This document shows positions 50,902 through 60,123 of a DNA stretch of 64,000 nt, one piece after another; within the stretch, counting starts at the first letter, position 1, and the number at the start of each line of letters is the position of its first letter. The notes under the pieces were generated by a model. That model searched no databases. It was not told the origin of the DNA and saw only the letters and a program-made list of their open reading frames with translations. Position numbers and translations under genes: made by a program. Source of the DNA: Shigella phage Sf25; sequence record MF327009; one strand, 5' to 3'.

Positions 50902-51222
50902 TTATTCTTTAAATCTAATCAATTTATTCATAGACTTTGAAACTTCTGCACGAACCTCATGCAAGTTTTTAAGCTGTTCAAGACGCTGTTCATAGTAAGC
51001 AATTTCATCTTCTTCGAGACAGTCCTGTGAATCTTCTTTAAGATAATGTGCATAGTCCTGAAAAGCTTTACGGACTACTTCCTGGAAGTCATCAAGACTT
51101 TGAATTTTCTTAGGAGCGGCAGATACACGACGAGGTGCAGTATAATACTCATAACCAAACCCTGCACTTAATTGAGCCATTAGTATTTTTCCTCTGGTTG
51201 GAACACTGCACGACAAGCCCAC
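50902..51222 (-). CDS. hypothetical protein (106 aa)
   Basis: Minus-strand ORF. Confidence 0.4.
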   Translation of the reverse strand: MGLSCSVPTRGKILMAQLSAGFGYEYYTAPRRVSAAPKKIQSLDDFQEVVRKAFQDYAHYLKEDSQDCLEEDEIAYYEQRLEQLKNLHEVRAEVSKSMNKLIRFKE

Positions 51223-51482
51223 ATACTGGCTTCTTTGAGTTTCGTTTTAGCAATAGTTAACTGATCGAGGCTTTCAGCATAATTCTTCGCGAGTTCATCG
51301 TCTTCACAGCTATCAAATGCTTCCCAAAATTCATCGTATAAAGCATCAAAGATAAGTCCTAAACGAACTTCAGCGTCTTTAATAGCATTTACTTTACCGA
51401 TTTTTTCGTCGGTATGTGGCTTATAACCTTTAATATCTTCAATCATATTTGACTTCCTCGCCAGTACATAAATCGTATTCAA
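51180..51482 (-). CDS. hypothetical protein (100 aa)
   Basis: Minus-strand ORF. Confidence 0.4.
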   Translation of the reverse strand: MNTIYVLARKSNMIEDIKGYKPHTDEKIGKVNAIKDAEVRLGLIFDALYDEFWEAFDSCEDDELAKNYAESLDQLTIAKTKLKEASMWACRAVFQPEEKY

Positions 51483-51660
51483 CTAAACGAATAGGTTCAT
51501 GAATGCCATATCCTTGAACAGAAATTTCTGTCGTAGGATAAATTCCATCAATATCACCCATATTCCAGGCTTCATTAAATTGCTGTTCGCCTGAATTACT
51601 AAACCACTCGGCGAAAGCATTTAGCACATCTTTAGAACCTTCAATAATTATCTTTGCCAT
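51439..51660 (-). CDS. hypothetical protein (73 aa)
   Basis: Minus-strand ORF. Confidence 0.35.
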   Translation of the reverse strand: MAKIIIEGSKDVLNAFAEWFSNSGEQQFNEAWNMGDIDGIYPTTEISVQGYGIHEPIRLVEYDLCTGEEVKYD

Positions 51661-52022
51661 TACAAACTCTCAGTAAAGGTACGAGCGATAACGTCGCGCT
51701 GCTGTTCCGGAGTCAGAGAGTTAAAGCGAACTGCATAACCAGATACACGGATGGTCAGCTGCGGATATTTTTCCGGATGCTTAACTGCATCTTCCAGAGT
51801 TTCACGACGCAGAACGTTAACGTTCAGGTGTTGACCACCTTCAATTTTAACTGTAGGTTGTGTTTCAATTTCAATTTCACGGGCATGCAAACCATAGAAA
51901 ATTTCTGGGTCTACAAAGGAGTCTTCTTTAAAAGTTTTAGAGACAATAATTCGTGCTTGAATACCATCTTCAAAATAAATAGTACCTTTGTGTGTGCCTT
52001 CAAGAATTTGATATGCTTTCAT
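51660..52022 (-). CDS. autonomous glycyl-radical cofactor (GrcA/YfiD-like)
   Basis: 120 aa; C-terminal half [56 protein letters not shown] carries the RVSGY glycyl-radical motif and closely resembles E. coli GrcA. Confidence 0.8.
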   Translation of the reverse strand: MKAYQILEGTHKGTIYFEDGIQARIIVSKTFKEDSFVDPEIFYGLHAREIEIETQPTVKIEGGQHLNVNVLRRETLEDAVKHPEKYPQLTIRVSGYAVRFNSLTPEQQRDVIARTFTESL

Positions 52023-52029
52023 ATAAACC

Positions 52030-52410
52030 TCAATTAGAAAATAAATTTATCCAAGATTGTTCTTTAATTAAAAACGGCTCAGAATCATATGCCATTAAAC
52101 TCTGTGTGATTAGTCCTTTAAAAGGCCCATCAATAAATTCCATGGTAAAATATGGAATTTTATTCATTAATCTTGCATTAGGAGCAGTGCACAAAACTCT
52201 GCATCCTTCGAATACGCCTTTTTGTAATTTGTATTGCTTAGGATAAAATTCGCTCAAGACGTTGTTATTTGCCAAAATTTCAAAATGATTCACCAATTTA
52301 TTTTTAATAGTTTTTGGCGAAAAATAAAGATATTCGAAAAGTTGCGTGTCTGTCATCATTGCATTCCGATTATGAAAAACTGTGGACGAGTAATACCACC
52401 AATGCAACAT
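52030..52410 (-). CDS. hypothetical protein (126 aa)
   Basis: Minus-strand ORF. Confidence 0.4.
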   Translation of the reverse strand: MLHWWYYSSTVFHNRNAMMTDTQLFEYLYFSPKTIKNKLVNHFEILANNNVLSEFYPKQYKLQKGVFEGCRVLCTAPNARLMNKIPYFTMEFIDGPFKGLITQSLMAYDSEPFLIKEQSWINLFSN

Positions 52411-52895
52411 TTACTATTGCAGCAGTGTTGCACAGTTTCAATATGAATATCGTAAATTTTATCCATATCAGGAGATTTAACAGGCTCATCGATTATATAC
52501 AAAATCCGTGAAAGCGATAAACCTCTGAACTTGCTTCCTTTATTACCGATAAAACTACGGACAGAATCGGTAAATAAACGGAATCGAATATCATCGCTAG
52601 AATAACGAGAAAATTCTTTTTTAATGTGGCCTGCAGAAATTTTAGCGTAAGCTGAAGTATTAGAAAGAACAATAACTGTTCCACCATCATACAGCCAATT
52701 AGCAGCAAAGTTAGTCACAGCAGTTGATTTACCGGATTGTCTGCCACCATCTAATCGAAGTGTGCAATACTGCTTGAGTAAGTCTTCAAATGGTGGGATA
52801 TAATCGTTTTTACAAATTTCTTCTACTCTAGCATCAGAATGGTGTGTAAAAGCATTCATCAGGGATAGATAAGGACCAGTTAAAAATGTTCTCAT
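52356..52895 (-). CDS. P-loop-containing protein (179 aa)
   Basis: Walker-A-like GGRQSGKST. Confidence 0.4.
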   Translation of the reverse strand: MRTFLTGPYLSLMNAFTHHSDARVEEICKNDYIPPFEDLLKQYCTLRLDGGRQSGKSTAVTNFAANWLYDGGTVIVLSNTSAYAKISAGHIKKEFSRYSSDDIRFRLFTDSVRSFIGNKGSKFRGLSLSRILYIIDEPVKSPDMDKIYDIHIETVQHCCNSKCCIGGITRPQFFIIGMQ

Positions 52896-53035
52896 TTCTT
52901 CTCTCTAAGTTTGGGCCATTCCATGGCGCATGAATTGTCCATTTCTGTATTTACCCATTACCGCACTTGGGCTCGACCTTATTACAGGTTGGCGGGAATC
53001 CCTCATAGAATCATGAGGTCCAGTTTGTTCCCATA

Positions 53036-53509
53036 TTATTTGAACGATTTAACGTACTGAATAGAACCTTTACTATTTACAAAGGCAATTTTACCATTTT
53101 TATTATACATTGTAGCAGTACGTTGATAGCCATAAGTTTGTTTACCAGATTGATAACCAACTAATGCAAAATTATCTTCACCCATTTTATTCTGTTTAGC
53201 GCGAATGCGTTCATGACCATGTGCCATAAGAACCTTAGCATCACCAGTTGCAATGGATCGACGAGTTTTTTCATCTTCAACTGTATTAACAAAGTCGTCA
53301 AATGAATCAAATTTAGCATGAGATTTATTATACAATTTTCCATCTACTGCATAATTATATCCCTGTACATCCATCTCAACTTCTGTACCATCATCCAATA
53401 CAGCAGTAATTTTCTGTCCTTTTTTAAATTTCAAAAGATCAGTAAAAGATTCAGCAATAATTTGAGAATTAATAGCTGCTTCAGTGATAAATTCTTGATA
53501 TGTTTTCAT
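53036..53509 (-). CDS. internal protein (IPII/IPIII family) with capsid-targeting leader
   Basis: N-terminus MKTYQEFITEAA (leader cleaved by the prohead protease in T4 IPs); position next to e. Confidence 0.6.
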   Translation of the reverse strand: MKTYQEFITEAAINSQIIAESFTDLLKFKKGQKITAVLDDGTEVEMDVQGYNYAVDGKLYNKSHAKFDSFDDFVNTVEDEKTRRSIATGDAKVLMAHGHERIRAKQNKMGEDNFALVGYQSGKQTYGYQRTATMYNKNGKIAFVNSKGSIQYVKSFK

Positions 53510-53525
53510 GTGTATCCTTTAATTT

Positions 53526-53843
53526 TTATTCTTTAGGGAAGTTTTTAGAATATGCATCATAAAGCTTATTTCCAATACGGCGGAAAACTCTAGCCGCAAA
53601 ACGATTTTCTGGGTTTTTAATCATGATTTGCATCATATAAGTACCCGCGTCAGAAAGAGCTTCTTCATAGTACCCGTTAATTTCTTTAAGAGTCCTACGT
53701 TTACCGCCAGGACCATCAACAGTGATTTTCCATTTACCTGTAGAAGTGCGACTTGGCGGCTCAACTTGTTCAATCCAGATATAACCGCCTTCTACACGTT
53801 GTCCTGCAGCAGATTCTGCAATAAATTCTTGATAGGTTTTCAT
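53526..53843 (-). CDS. internal protein (IPII/IPIII family) with capsid-targeting leader
   Basis: N-terminus MKTYQEFIAESAA; basic. Confidence 0.6.
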   Translation of the reverse strand: MKTYQEFIAESAAGQRVEGGYIWIEQVEPPSRTSTGKWKITVDGPGGKRRTLKEINGYYEEALSDAGTYMMQIMIKNPENRFAARVFRRIGNKLYDAYSKNFPKE

Positions 53844-53895
53844 GTGTTTCCTTTAAATATTTTAATTAGTAATTTGTCTCTTCAAGCAACTGTGA

Positions 53896-53928
53896 ATATA
53901 CTATCACAATTCTAGGAGAAAGTAAACA
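53896..53928 (-). promoter_or_regulatory. T4-type early promoter
   Basis: gtaaac at 53922-53927 on plus strand. Confidence 0.4.
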
Positions 53929-53931
53929 ACT

Positions 53932-54462
<531 letters not shown>

Positions 54463-54918
54463 TTAAAAGAGGCTGTTCATTATTCGGTAAAGTGAAGGAC
54501 CCATCACATATTGCCACTGAGTACGAGGAATAAGAGCAAAAGCATCCATCTCTGGAATCATAACGCCATCTTTATTTTCAAAATAAGACTCACAACGGCA
54601 ATTTCTGAACATCTCATGCTCTACTGGAATCGTATAATAAAATAACTGTAAGTCTTTATTACTAGAATATTTAAATACACCTAGGTCTTCTAGAAGGTCT
54701 GGATTATAATTGTTAAAACCAGTCTCTTCTGAGCATTCTCTTCGTGCTGCATCTAATGCGCTTAAATCAGAATTTTCTACACGCCCCTTTGGAATATCCC
54801 AGCGATGTGCCATCATTCCAGGCTTACGAGAACCAGTAACTCGTCCCATAAATAAATCTTTATCTTCTGTCATAAAGATAATACCAGCTGATAATGTTTT
54901 CATTTTAATTTCCTGCAT
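54463..54918 (-). CDS. nudE: Nudix hydrolase NudE
   Basis: 151 aa; Nudix box GRVENSDLSALDAARRECSEETG. Confidence 0.8.
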   Translation of the reverse strand: MQEIKMKTLSAGIIFMTEDKDLFMGRVTGSRKPGMMAHRWDIPKGRVENSDLSALDAARRECSEETGFNNYNPDLLEDLGVFKYSSNKDLQLFYYTIPVEHEMFRNCRCESYFENKDGVMIPEMDAFALIPRTQWQYVMGPSLYRIMNSLF

Positions 54919-55388
54919 TCAGTGATAAAATTATTTAAATTTTGAGTATATTTCTTTTCATCAAAAATCTTTTGCTGCCTACGTAACCGCCATGGCATTT
55001 CAATGAACACGCACCATATTCCTGATAGTACTGCTGCTGTAAAAATATTAACAAGTATAATTAAAAGAATCCAATCTTCCGTTCTGCCTACTGGACTTTC
55101 TCCAAAGAAGCAAAATACAAATGATGTCACAGGAAAACTAATAATATACCACAGAATAACCTTCTTATCTGTGAACCAATCAGCGTTCGTTAACTTAGCA
55201 CGACCATTTTGAATACACACGAATTTATCATCTGTTACAGTAGATGGCTTAACTGCTTGATATCCCATTCTAAACTCCCTAATTAATCGTTTCTTTGTAT
55301 CTTCAGAACAGCCGCTCCAGTCAACTCTATCGACTGAAATGCCATCGTCCCCATCATCTAAATCATACCAGCGAGTTTTTAAAATCAT
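54900..55388 (-). CDS. membrane protein, member of a three-gene paralogous set
   Basis: Hydrophobic core plus conserved Cys-containing basic C-terminal tail (..ECRKLK). Confidence 0.45.
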   Translation of the reverse strand: MILKTRWYDLDDGDDGISVDRVDWSGCSEDTKKRLIREFRMGYQAVKPSTVTDDKFVCIQNGRAKLTNADWFTDKKVILWYIISFPVTSFVFCFFGESPVGRTEDWILLIILVNIFTAAVLSGIWCVFIEMPWRLRRQQKIFDEKKYTQNLNNFITECRKLK

Positions 55389-55759
55389 TTGATTTTCCTA
55401 CAATCATTCACGAATTCTTTCATTGATTCATTTTCAATATAAGACATGTAGTTATTATATTCTTTTAATTGTATTTTGTAATCCTTTTTTCTTTGCCAAT
55501 TTATTTTAAAATTATCATAATGAAAATATAAAATGATACTAAAGAATGAAAATAATGAAATTGCTATAGTATAATGAAGTTCACTCCAAACTTCTATTAT
55601 ATCTACTATACCGCTGACGTTACTGCGGATGTTTAAAATAATACAGTCAATCATTAATCCAATAAGACTACCAGCAAGAGCTGCAGCCAACGCCACAGCA
55701 AAAATTAAAAATGACTCAGAAAAAGAATATTTGACTTTATTTAGTTTTGGCTTTTGCAT
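55385..55759 (-). CDS. membrane protein, member of a three-gene paralogous set
   Basis: Tail ..DCRKIK similar to neighbours. Confidence 0.45.
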   Translation of the reverse strand: MQKPKLNKVKYSFSESFLIFAVALAAALAGSLIGLMIDCIILNIRSNVSGIVDIIEVWSELHYTIAISLFSFFSIILYFHYDNFKINWQRKKDYKIQLKEYNNYMSYIENESMKEFVNDCRKIK

Positions 55760-56154
55760 CGTGATTCCTTAACAAATTTCATAATTTCATTAAATTCATA
55801 CATATTTAGTTTAAGCTGGTGTTCCTTTTTAATCTTTTTACACTGAGCTTTCCATTCACGTACACGTTTACGATAATGCCTTCCTTGATACCAATATCCT
55901 ACCCAATTTACAGGTACCAATAAAAATGGAACTACTAATGGAAGAATTAATACTAACAAAAATATTACGCCAGATTCAATATCAGTCATAAAGTCTATAA
56001 CCATTCCAACAATCAATAGAATTACAAATGATATAGCTGTCACAGGACCTATTAATACATCAGTAGGAATTAGCTGACGCTTTAGTTCATACTTCACAGG
56101 TTCACTTGGAAGGTATAGTGATGGCTTTGACATATTCTCTACATTCCTTAACAA
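55741..56154 (-). CDS. membrane protein, member of a three-gene paralogous set
   Basis: Tail ..ESRCKSQN; hydrophobic core. Confidence 0.45.
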   Translation of the reverse strand: MLRNVENMSKPSLYLPSEPVKYELKRQLIPTDVLIGPVTAISFVILLIVGMVIDFMTDIESGVIFLLVLILPLVVPFLLVPVNWVGYWYQGRHYRKRVREWKAQCKKIKKEHQLKLNMYEFNEIMKFVKESRCKSQN

Positions 56155-56707
56155 ATTTTTCTAATAATAAATCGCTTTCAAAATTAGGATTTTCTACGAA
56201 TTTATCAAAAAGATCATCAACAATAGTTAAGATATTCTTTTTACTAAGAATACGTTTATTTTCATGCTTTGTTTCAGAATCAACTATAAGAGTAAAGAAA
56301 TATTTCTTTCCCTGAAATTTTACCGTAGTATCAATATAAAATAAATTTGACTTTTGTAAATTACGTTTAAACCATGCGTCGCTTAAACTATAAACGCCAA
56401 GATAATCATAATCGTCGTTTAAATAACAAACCGTCCATTCAGGAGAAATGAAATCAGTAAATTCAACATCAAAATCACATGTCAATGAATGAATTGATTC
56501 AATACTTTTAATGAGTATTCCAGGACGTATTAAAGACTTTTTACCTTTATAAAATCCAGAAAGACTTTCATCAGTTTCATATGAAGACCCCCAATAGTAA
56601 TTACGTCCTTCTGCCATACGTTTAAGAGCATTTAGTAATTGATCTGGAACATCAACCTGTCTTTGGAACTCTTCAAACATTGAATTGAAATCACTTTGCA
56701 TTTTCAT
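56102..56707 (-). CDS. hypothetical protein (201 aa)
   Basis: Minus-strand ORF. Confidence 0.45.
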   Translation of the reverse strand: MKMQSDFNSMFEEFQRQVDVPDQLLNALKRMAEGRNYYWGSSYETDESLSGFYKGKKSLIRPGILIKSIESIHSLTCDFDVEFTDFISPEWTVCYLNDDYDYLGVYSLSDAWFKRNLQKSNLFYIDTTVKFQGKKYFFTLIVDSETKHENKRILSKKNILTIVDDLFDKFVENPNFESDLLLEKFVKECREYVKAITIPSK

Positions 56708-56727
56708 TCCTATTTACTCCAAGTAAT

Positions 56728-56743
56728 AGGGGCCGAAGCCCCT
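56728..56743 (-). other. RNA stem-loop (UUCG tetraloop)
   Basis: aggggc-cgaa-gcccct on plus strand, between two genes. Confidence 0.4.
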
Positions 56744-56748
56744 TATCA

Positions 56749-57342
56749 TTATTTCAGAGAATTAATGTATTCCTGAACATCGGCAGAGGTAGTTTCAACC
56801 CCAGAAATATTGCCATTAAAGGTTTCAACTCGAGCAAGGGTATCTTCAATATCAACCTTAGTCAGTGCTGCAATTTCAACTACATCATCGGCAGTACTAA
56901 TTCCAAGGGCATTTGCCGCACGAGTTTCACGGATATATTCCAATTTAACTGCAAGTTCTTGGCGAGCATCATCTAACTCAACTACTTTCTTGGCAATTTC
57001 AATTCGCATTTCAGCATAACCATCAGCTTTAGTAGTCAACTGCTCAGCTGTTCGACGATATAGTAAACCGAGTTTAGCATGCATTGTTACATCTTGACCT
57101 TCAGAAAGAAGCTTGCGAATTTCACGCTCTTTTGATTCGGCCTGTCGATTCTTTTCGACAATAAGTTCACGAATACGTTTTTCTTCATTAATAGATTTAA
57201 CAGAAGCAGTTTTTAGATCTTTAATCTTATCAAGTAGTTTTGCTGCCGCAGCAGTATACTGTTCTTCAACAGATAGATTTTTAGCCATAGCAGAACCAAG
57301 TTTAGTGCGAATAAACTCAACAATTTTCTTCAGTGTGTTCAT
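56749..57342 (-). CDS. coiled-coil protein, PspA/IM30-like (tentative)
   Basis: 197 aa, predominantly helical heptad-like sequence rich in charged residues. Confidence 0.35.
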   Translation of the reverse strand: MNTLKKIVEFIRTKLGSAMAKNLSVEEQYTAAAAKLLDKIKDLKTASVKSINEEKRIRELIVEKNRQAESKEREIRKLLSEGQDVTMHAKLGLLYRRTAEQLTTKADGYAEMRIEIAKKVVELDDARQELAVKLEYIRETRAANALGISTADDVVEIAALTKVDIEDTLARVETFNGNISGVETTSADVQEYINSLK

Positions 57343-57376
57343 AGTATTTCCTTAGGTTAATTAAGATTTAAAATCC

Positions 57377-57409
57377 ACGAGAGTATTATACTCCGGATAG
57401 TTTGTAAAC
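57377..57409 (-). promoter_or_regulatory. T4-type early promoter
   Basis: gtaaac at 57403-57408 on plus strand. Confidence 0.4.
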
Positions 57410-57631
57410 TATTTCAACATCGCCTTTTGCTGCTTTATAACCTTCAGCCCAAGATACAACCGAGTTTTTATCTGAAGATTCAAATTCTGGCATTGGGCTT
57501 TCGCCAATGTTCACGCAGTATGTTTCTTCATTTTCGTCAAACCAAATAATTAAAGTAGTCATTTATTTCTCCGTTTTCTGTATTTGTTTTGATAAGTCTA
57601 TAATAACACCGTCCTTGGTGTTTGTATACAA

Positions 57632-57958
57632 TTATTTCATATTATTGAAATATTCTTCTGCGATTTCGTCGTTATCATGGTAAACTTTAGAAGACAGTTT
57701 AACATAACCTTCTGCCGTGAACATATTAATCACAACCTTTACAGTATACCACTGACCATCTTCATTACCCATTACTGCGTAAGTTTCAAACATCGGATGA
57801 TCAGGACCGATAACTTTAATATCATTCACTGTACGACCAAAATCTTCTGAAACACATTTCATAAAGAAGTTGAACAGTTCGCCGTAATTATCCATTTCAT
57901 TCTCCAAGTTGTTTTCTGTATCAGTAGTTGATAGTTGTATAGTACCATGGAAGGACAA
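57632..57958 (-). CDS. hypothetical acidic protein (108 aa)
   Basis: Minus-strand ORF with early promoter upstream. Confidence 0.4.
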   Translation of the reverse strand: MSFHGTIQLSTTDTENNLENEMDNYGELFNFFMKCVSEDFGRTVNDIKVIGPDHPMFETYAVMGNEDGQWYTVKVVINMFTAEGYVKLSSKVYHDNDEIAEEYFNNMK

Positions 57959-57969
57959 GGATGTAAACC
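57937..57969 (-). promoter_or_regulatory. T4-type early promoter
   Basis: gtaaac at 57963-57968 on plus strand plus the conserved -10 block. Confidence 0.5.
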
Positions 57970-58099
57970 GTTTTGTGAAAAAATTTTTTAAAAAGTTTTA
58001 GGGAATTCTAGGGCAGGGAGGGGCAATTAAAAGATAGGATAATATATTATAAAGGGTATAAACTAAATGATGCCTAGAGAGGCCCGGAAAGGCCTAGAT

Positions 58100-58131
58100 A
58101 CCAAAAAGCCCCAACCTTTCGGCTGGGGCTA
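58100..58131 (-). terminator. rho-independent terminator
   Basis: agcccca-N-tggggct hairpin followed by a U-run on minus; near-identical copy at 58660-58691. Confidence 0.55.
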
Positions 58132-58137
58132 AGAATG

Positions 58138-58611
58138 TTATTTGATTTGTTTAGCAGACCAAATGCGGTCTTTAATAATTTTTTGGATGTCTTCAACATA
58201 TTCAAGAGAGTGAACATGTGGGTTATCTTTGAAACTATAAGCACGAGCTAGCTTTTGGCCTTCAGTTTTGATTACTAAAAGCTCTTTAAGGATAGCTTCA
58301 TATTTGGAGATAATTCCTTTAACGATATTTTTCTCTTGTGTGACTTTAGGATCTGCTTTAGGAGCAGGTTTATCTGAAGCCTTTGCAAAAGCAGCTCCAG
58401 TAGCAACTAAACTTTTCCAAGCCATACTAACTGCATTCCCTGTAAATCCTTCGGCTTTCATATCACGAGCAAATTGGAATCGTGATTCATCGGAAGCATC
58501 TTTATAGGAATATTTACCCGCGGCAATGGCTGCTTTTGCGACAGCTTGAATTTCGGTGCTAGATGCTTCATTTAGCACCGCTTCATTTAAAAATTGAGCA
58601 TATGATTTCAT
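58138..58611 (-). CDS. internal-protein-like capsid-packaged protein with CTS leader
   Basis: N-terminus MKSYAQFLNEAVLNE (CTS-like); preceded by late promoter TATAAATA and RBS; Ala/Lys-rich. Confidence 0.5.
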   Translation of the reverse strand: MKSYAQFLNEAVLNEASSTEIQAVAKAAIAAGKYSYKDASDESRFQFARDMKAEGFTGNAVSMAWKSLVATGAAFAKASDKPAPKADPKVTQEKNIVKGIISKYEAILKELLVIKTEGQKLARAYSFKDNPHVHSLEYVEDIQKIIKDRIWSAKQIK

Positions 58612-58651
58612 CTTATTTCCTGTTTTAATTCGTGGTTTTAATATACTACTA

Positions 58652-58659
58652 TATTTATA
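58652..58659 (-). promoter_or_regulatory. T4 late promoter TATAAATA
   Basis: plus-strand tatttata immediately after the terminator on minus, about 40 nt upstream of the ATG at 58611. Confidence 0.5.
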
Positions 58660-58691
58660 CCAAAAAGCCCCAACCTTTCGGTCGGGGCTAA
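58660..58691 (-). terminator. rho-independent terminator closing the tRNA/stable-RNA transcription unit
   Basis: agcccca-N-cggggct hairpin plus U-run on minus. Confidence 0.55.
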
Positions 58692-58694
58692 GCC

Positions 58695-58916
58695 TTGCGG
58701 CAACCTTGTCGGGGTTCCACCTGCTAAGGCAAGTGTTTGTACGAAACGCCGGGATTCGAACCCGGTTATCAAGCAGTTGACGCTACTCAATATTTTTAAA
58801 AGGCCATATCTCGACCATATCCGAACGTTCCGTCAAAAACGCTACTCGGCTTACGGCAAAGATATTTCCTCGAATCGATAATTCGGTGCGCCGTTTCTGC
58901 TGTGCGACCCGGTTTC
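58695..58916 (-). ncRNA. possible small stable RNA with tRNA-like T-arm (cf. T4 species 1/2 RNAs)
   Basis: Non-coding stretch distal to the tRNA cluster containing GGTTCGAATCC (T-loop-like) with flanking stem, but no full cloverleaf. Confidence 0.3.
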
Positions 58917-59267
58917 TTAATATTCTTTTAAAGCATCAATTTGTTCACGGCGTTTACGCCATAAATCAATTGCTTCATAAGCAGATTCAGCATTTCGAAT
59001 TAGCCGACATTTATGTAAAGACTTATGATTTTGATATTGTGTAGATAACGGAATTTTATCTAAAAGGTCTTTACGTTCAAAATATTCGTAACCATCTAAA
59101 CCAAATGAACGATTTTTGAGAAATTGCCAATGACCAAATTCGTTTTCGACATAAACATAATCTGCATGCTGATAAAGCAAATTAATTACACGTTCAGAAA
59201 TAACAGTATCATTATGATTAAAATAGAATGTTAAATCATGAACTACTAAGTAAACATTGCCTTTCAT
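58917..59267 (-). CDS. hypothetical protein (about 117 aa)
   Basis: Start taken at MKGNVYLVV (GAGGAAAAT RBS) because the longer ORF would overlap tRNA-Arg. Confidence 0.4.
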   Translation of the reverse strand: MKGNVYLVVHDLTFYFNHNDTVISERVINLLYQHADYVYVENEFGHWQFLKNRSFGLDGYEYFERKDLLDKIPLSTQYQNHKSLHKCRLIRNAESAYEAIDLWRKRREQIDALKEY

Positions 59268-59285
59268 ATTTTCCTCACTTATAAT

Positions 59286-59362
<77 letters not shown>

Positions 59363-59366
59363 TATT

Positions 59367-59441
59367 TGGCGGACATGCATGGATTCGAACCATGGACCAA
59401 TTGATTAACAGTCAACTGCTCTACCACTGAGCTACACATCC
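59367..59441 (-). tRNA. tRNA-Asn (anticodon GUU)
   Basis: Anticodon loop CUGUUAA (same as E. coli tRNA-Asn), T-arm GGTTCGAATCC, encoded CCA. Confidence 0.65.
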
Positions 59442-59445
59442 AAAT

Positions 59446-59532
59446 TGGTGGGGAGTGATGGAGTCGAACCACCCGAGTCGCAATGACAATGAATTTACAG
59501 TCCACACCGCTACCTCTACGGGATAACTCCCC
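59446..59532 (-). tRNA. tRNA-Tyr (anticodon GUA), class II with long variable arm
   Basis: Anticodon loop CUGUAAA and 13-nt variable arm, overall close to the E. coli tRNA-Tyr layout; encoded CCA. Confidence 0.6.
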
Positions 59533-59544
59533 TAATTCATAATT

Positions 59545-59619
59545 TGGTGGCCCTGGGTGGAATTGAACCACCATCTGGCGATTATGAGTCGCTTGCTTGA
59601 ACCTTCCAGCTACAGGGCC
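59545..59619 (-). tRNA. tRNA with CAU anticodon (Ile-lysidine type as in T4, or Met)
   Basis: Anticodon loop CUCAUAA; acceptor GGCCCTG/CAGGGCC; encoded CCA. Confidence 0.6.
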
Positions 59620-59620
59620 T

Positions 59621-59696
59621 TGGTGCTGATTGACGGAATCGAACCGCCGACCTTCTCATTACAAGTGAGTTGCTCTACCTACTGAGCTAAATCAGC
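59621..59696 (-). tRNA. tRNA-Thr (anticodon UGU)
   Basis: Anticodon loop CUUGUAA; T-arm GGTTCGATTCC; encoded CCA. Confidence 0.7.
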
Positions 59697-59701
59697 AAAA
59701 C

Positions 59702-59791
59702 TGGCGGAGGCGATAGGATTTGAACCTATGAGTCGCCGGAGCGACTGCCGGTTTTCAAGACCGGTGCATTAAACCACTCTGCCACGCCTCC
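59702..59791 (-). tRNA. tRNA-Ser (anticodon UGA), class II
   Basis: Anticodon loop CUUGAAA, long variable arm, encoded CCA. Confidence 0.7.
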
Positions 59792-59793
59792 AG

Positions 59794-59867
59794 TCTCCAT
59801 ACAAGGATTTGAACCTTGGACCTCCTGATCCCAAATCAGGCGCTCTACCAAACTGAGCTACACGGAG
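59794..59867 (-). tRNA. tRNA-Pro (anticodon UGG), CCA not encoded
   Basis: Anticodon loop UUUGGGA; abuts tRNA-Ser with a 2-nt spacer (dimeric precursor arrangement known in T4). Confidence 0.65.
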
Positions 59868-59877
59868 TAAATTAAAT

Positions 59878-59951
<74 letters not shown>

Positions 59952-59956
59952 AAATT

Positions 59957-60042
59957 TGGTGCGAGAAGTGGGACTCGAACCCACAAGGAAATCATTCCGC
60001 AGCATTTTAAGTGCTGTGCCAACTTGGCTAATTCCCAATTAT
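59957..60042 (-). pseudogene. chimeric tRNA remnant: 3' two-thirds of tRNA-Leu(UAA) fused to a 5' segment that looks like the start of tRNA-Gln
   Basis: Intact Leu anticodon arm (CUUAAAA), long variable arm, T-arm and acceptor 3' strand TTCTCGC-A-CCA, but the 5' side reads TTGGGAATTAGCCAAGTTGGCA, which cannot pair with the acceptor 3' strand and resembles a tRNA-Gln 5' end. Confidence 0.5.
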
Positions 60043-60123
60043 TAACAAAGGCTCTCAAGCAAGAACCCTTGATGATAGAGGGTATTAATCAGTGCGGTAT
60101 GAGTTAATAATAACAAATAATTC

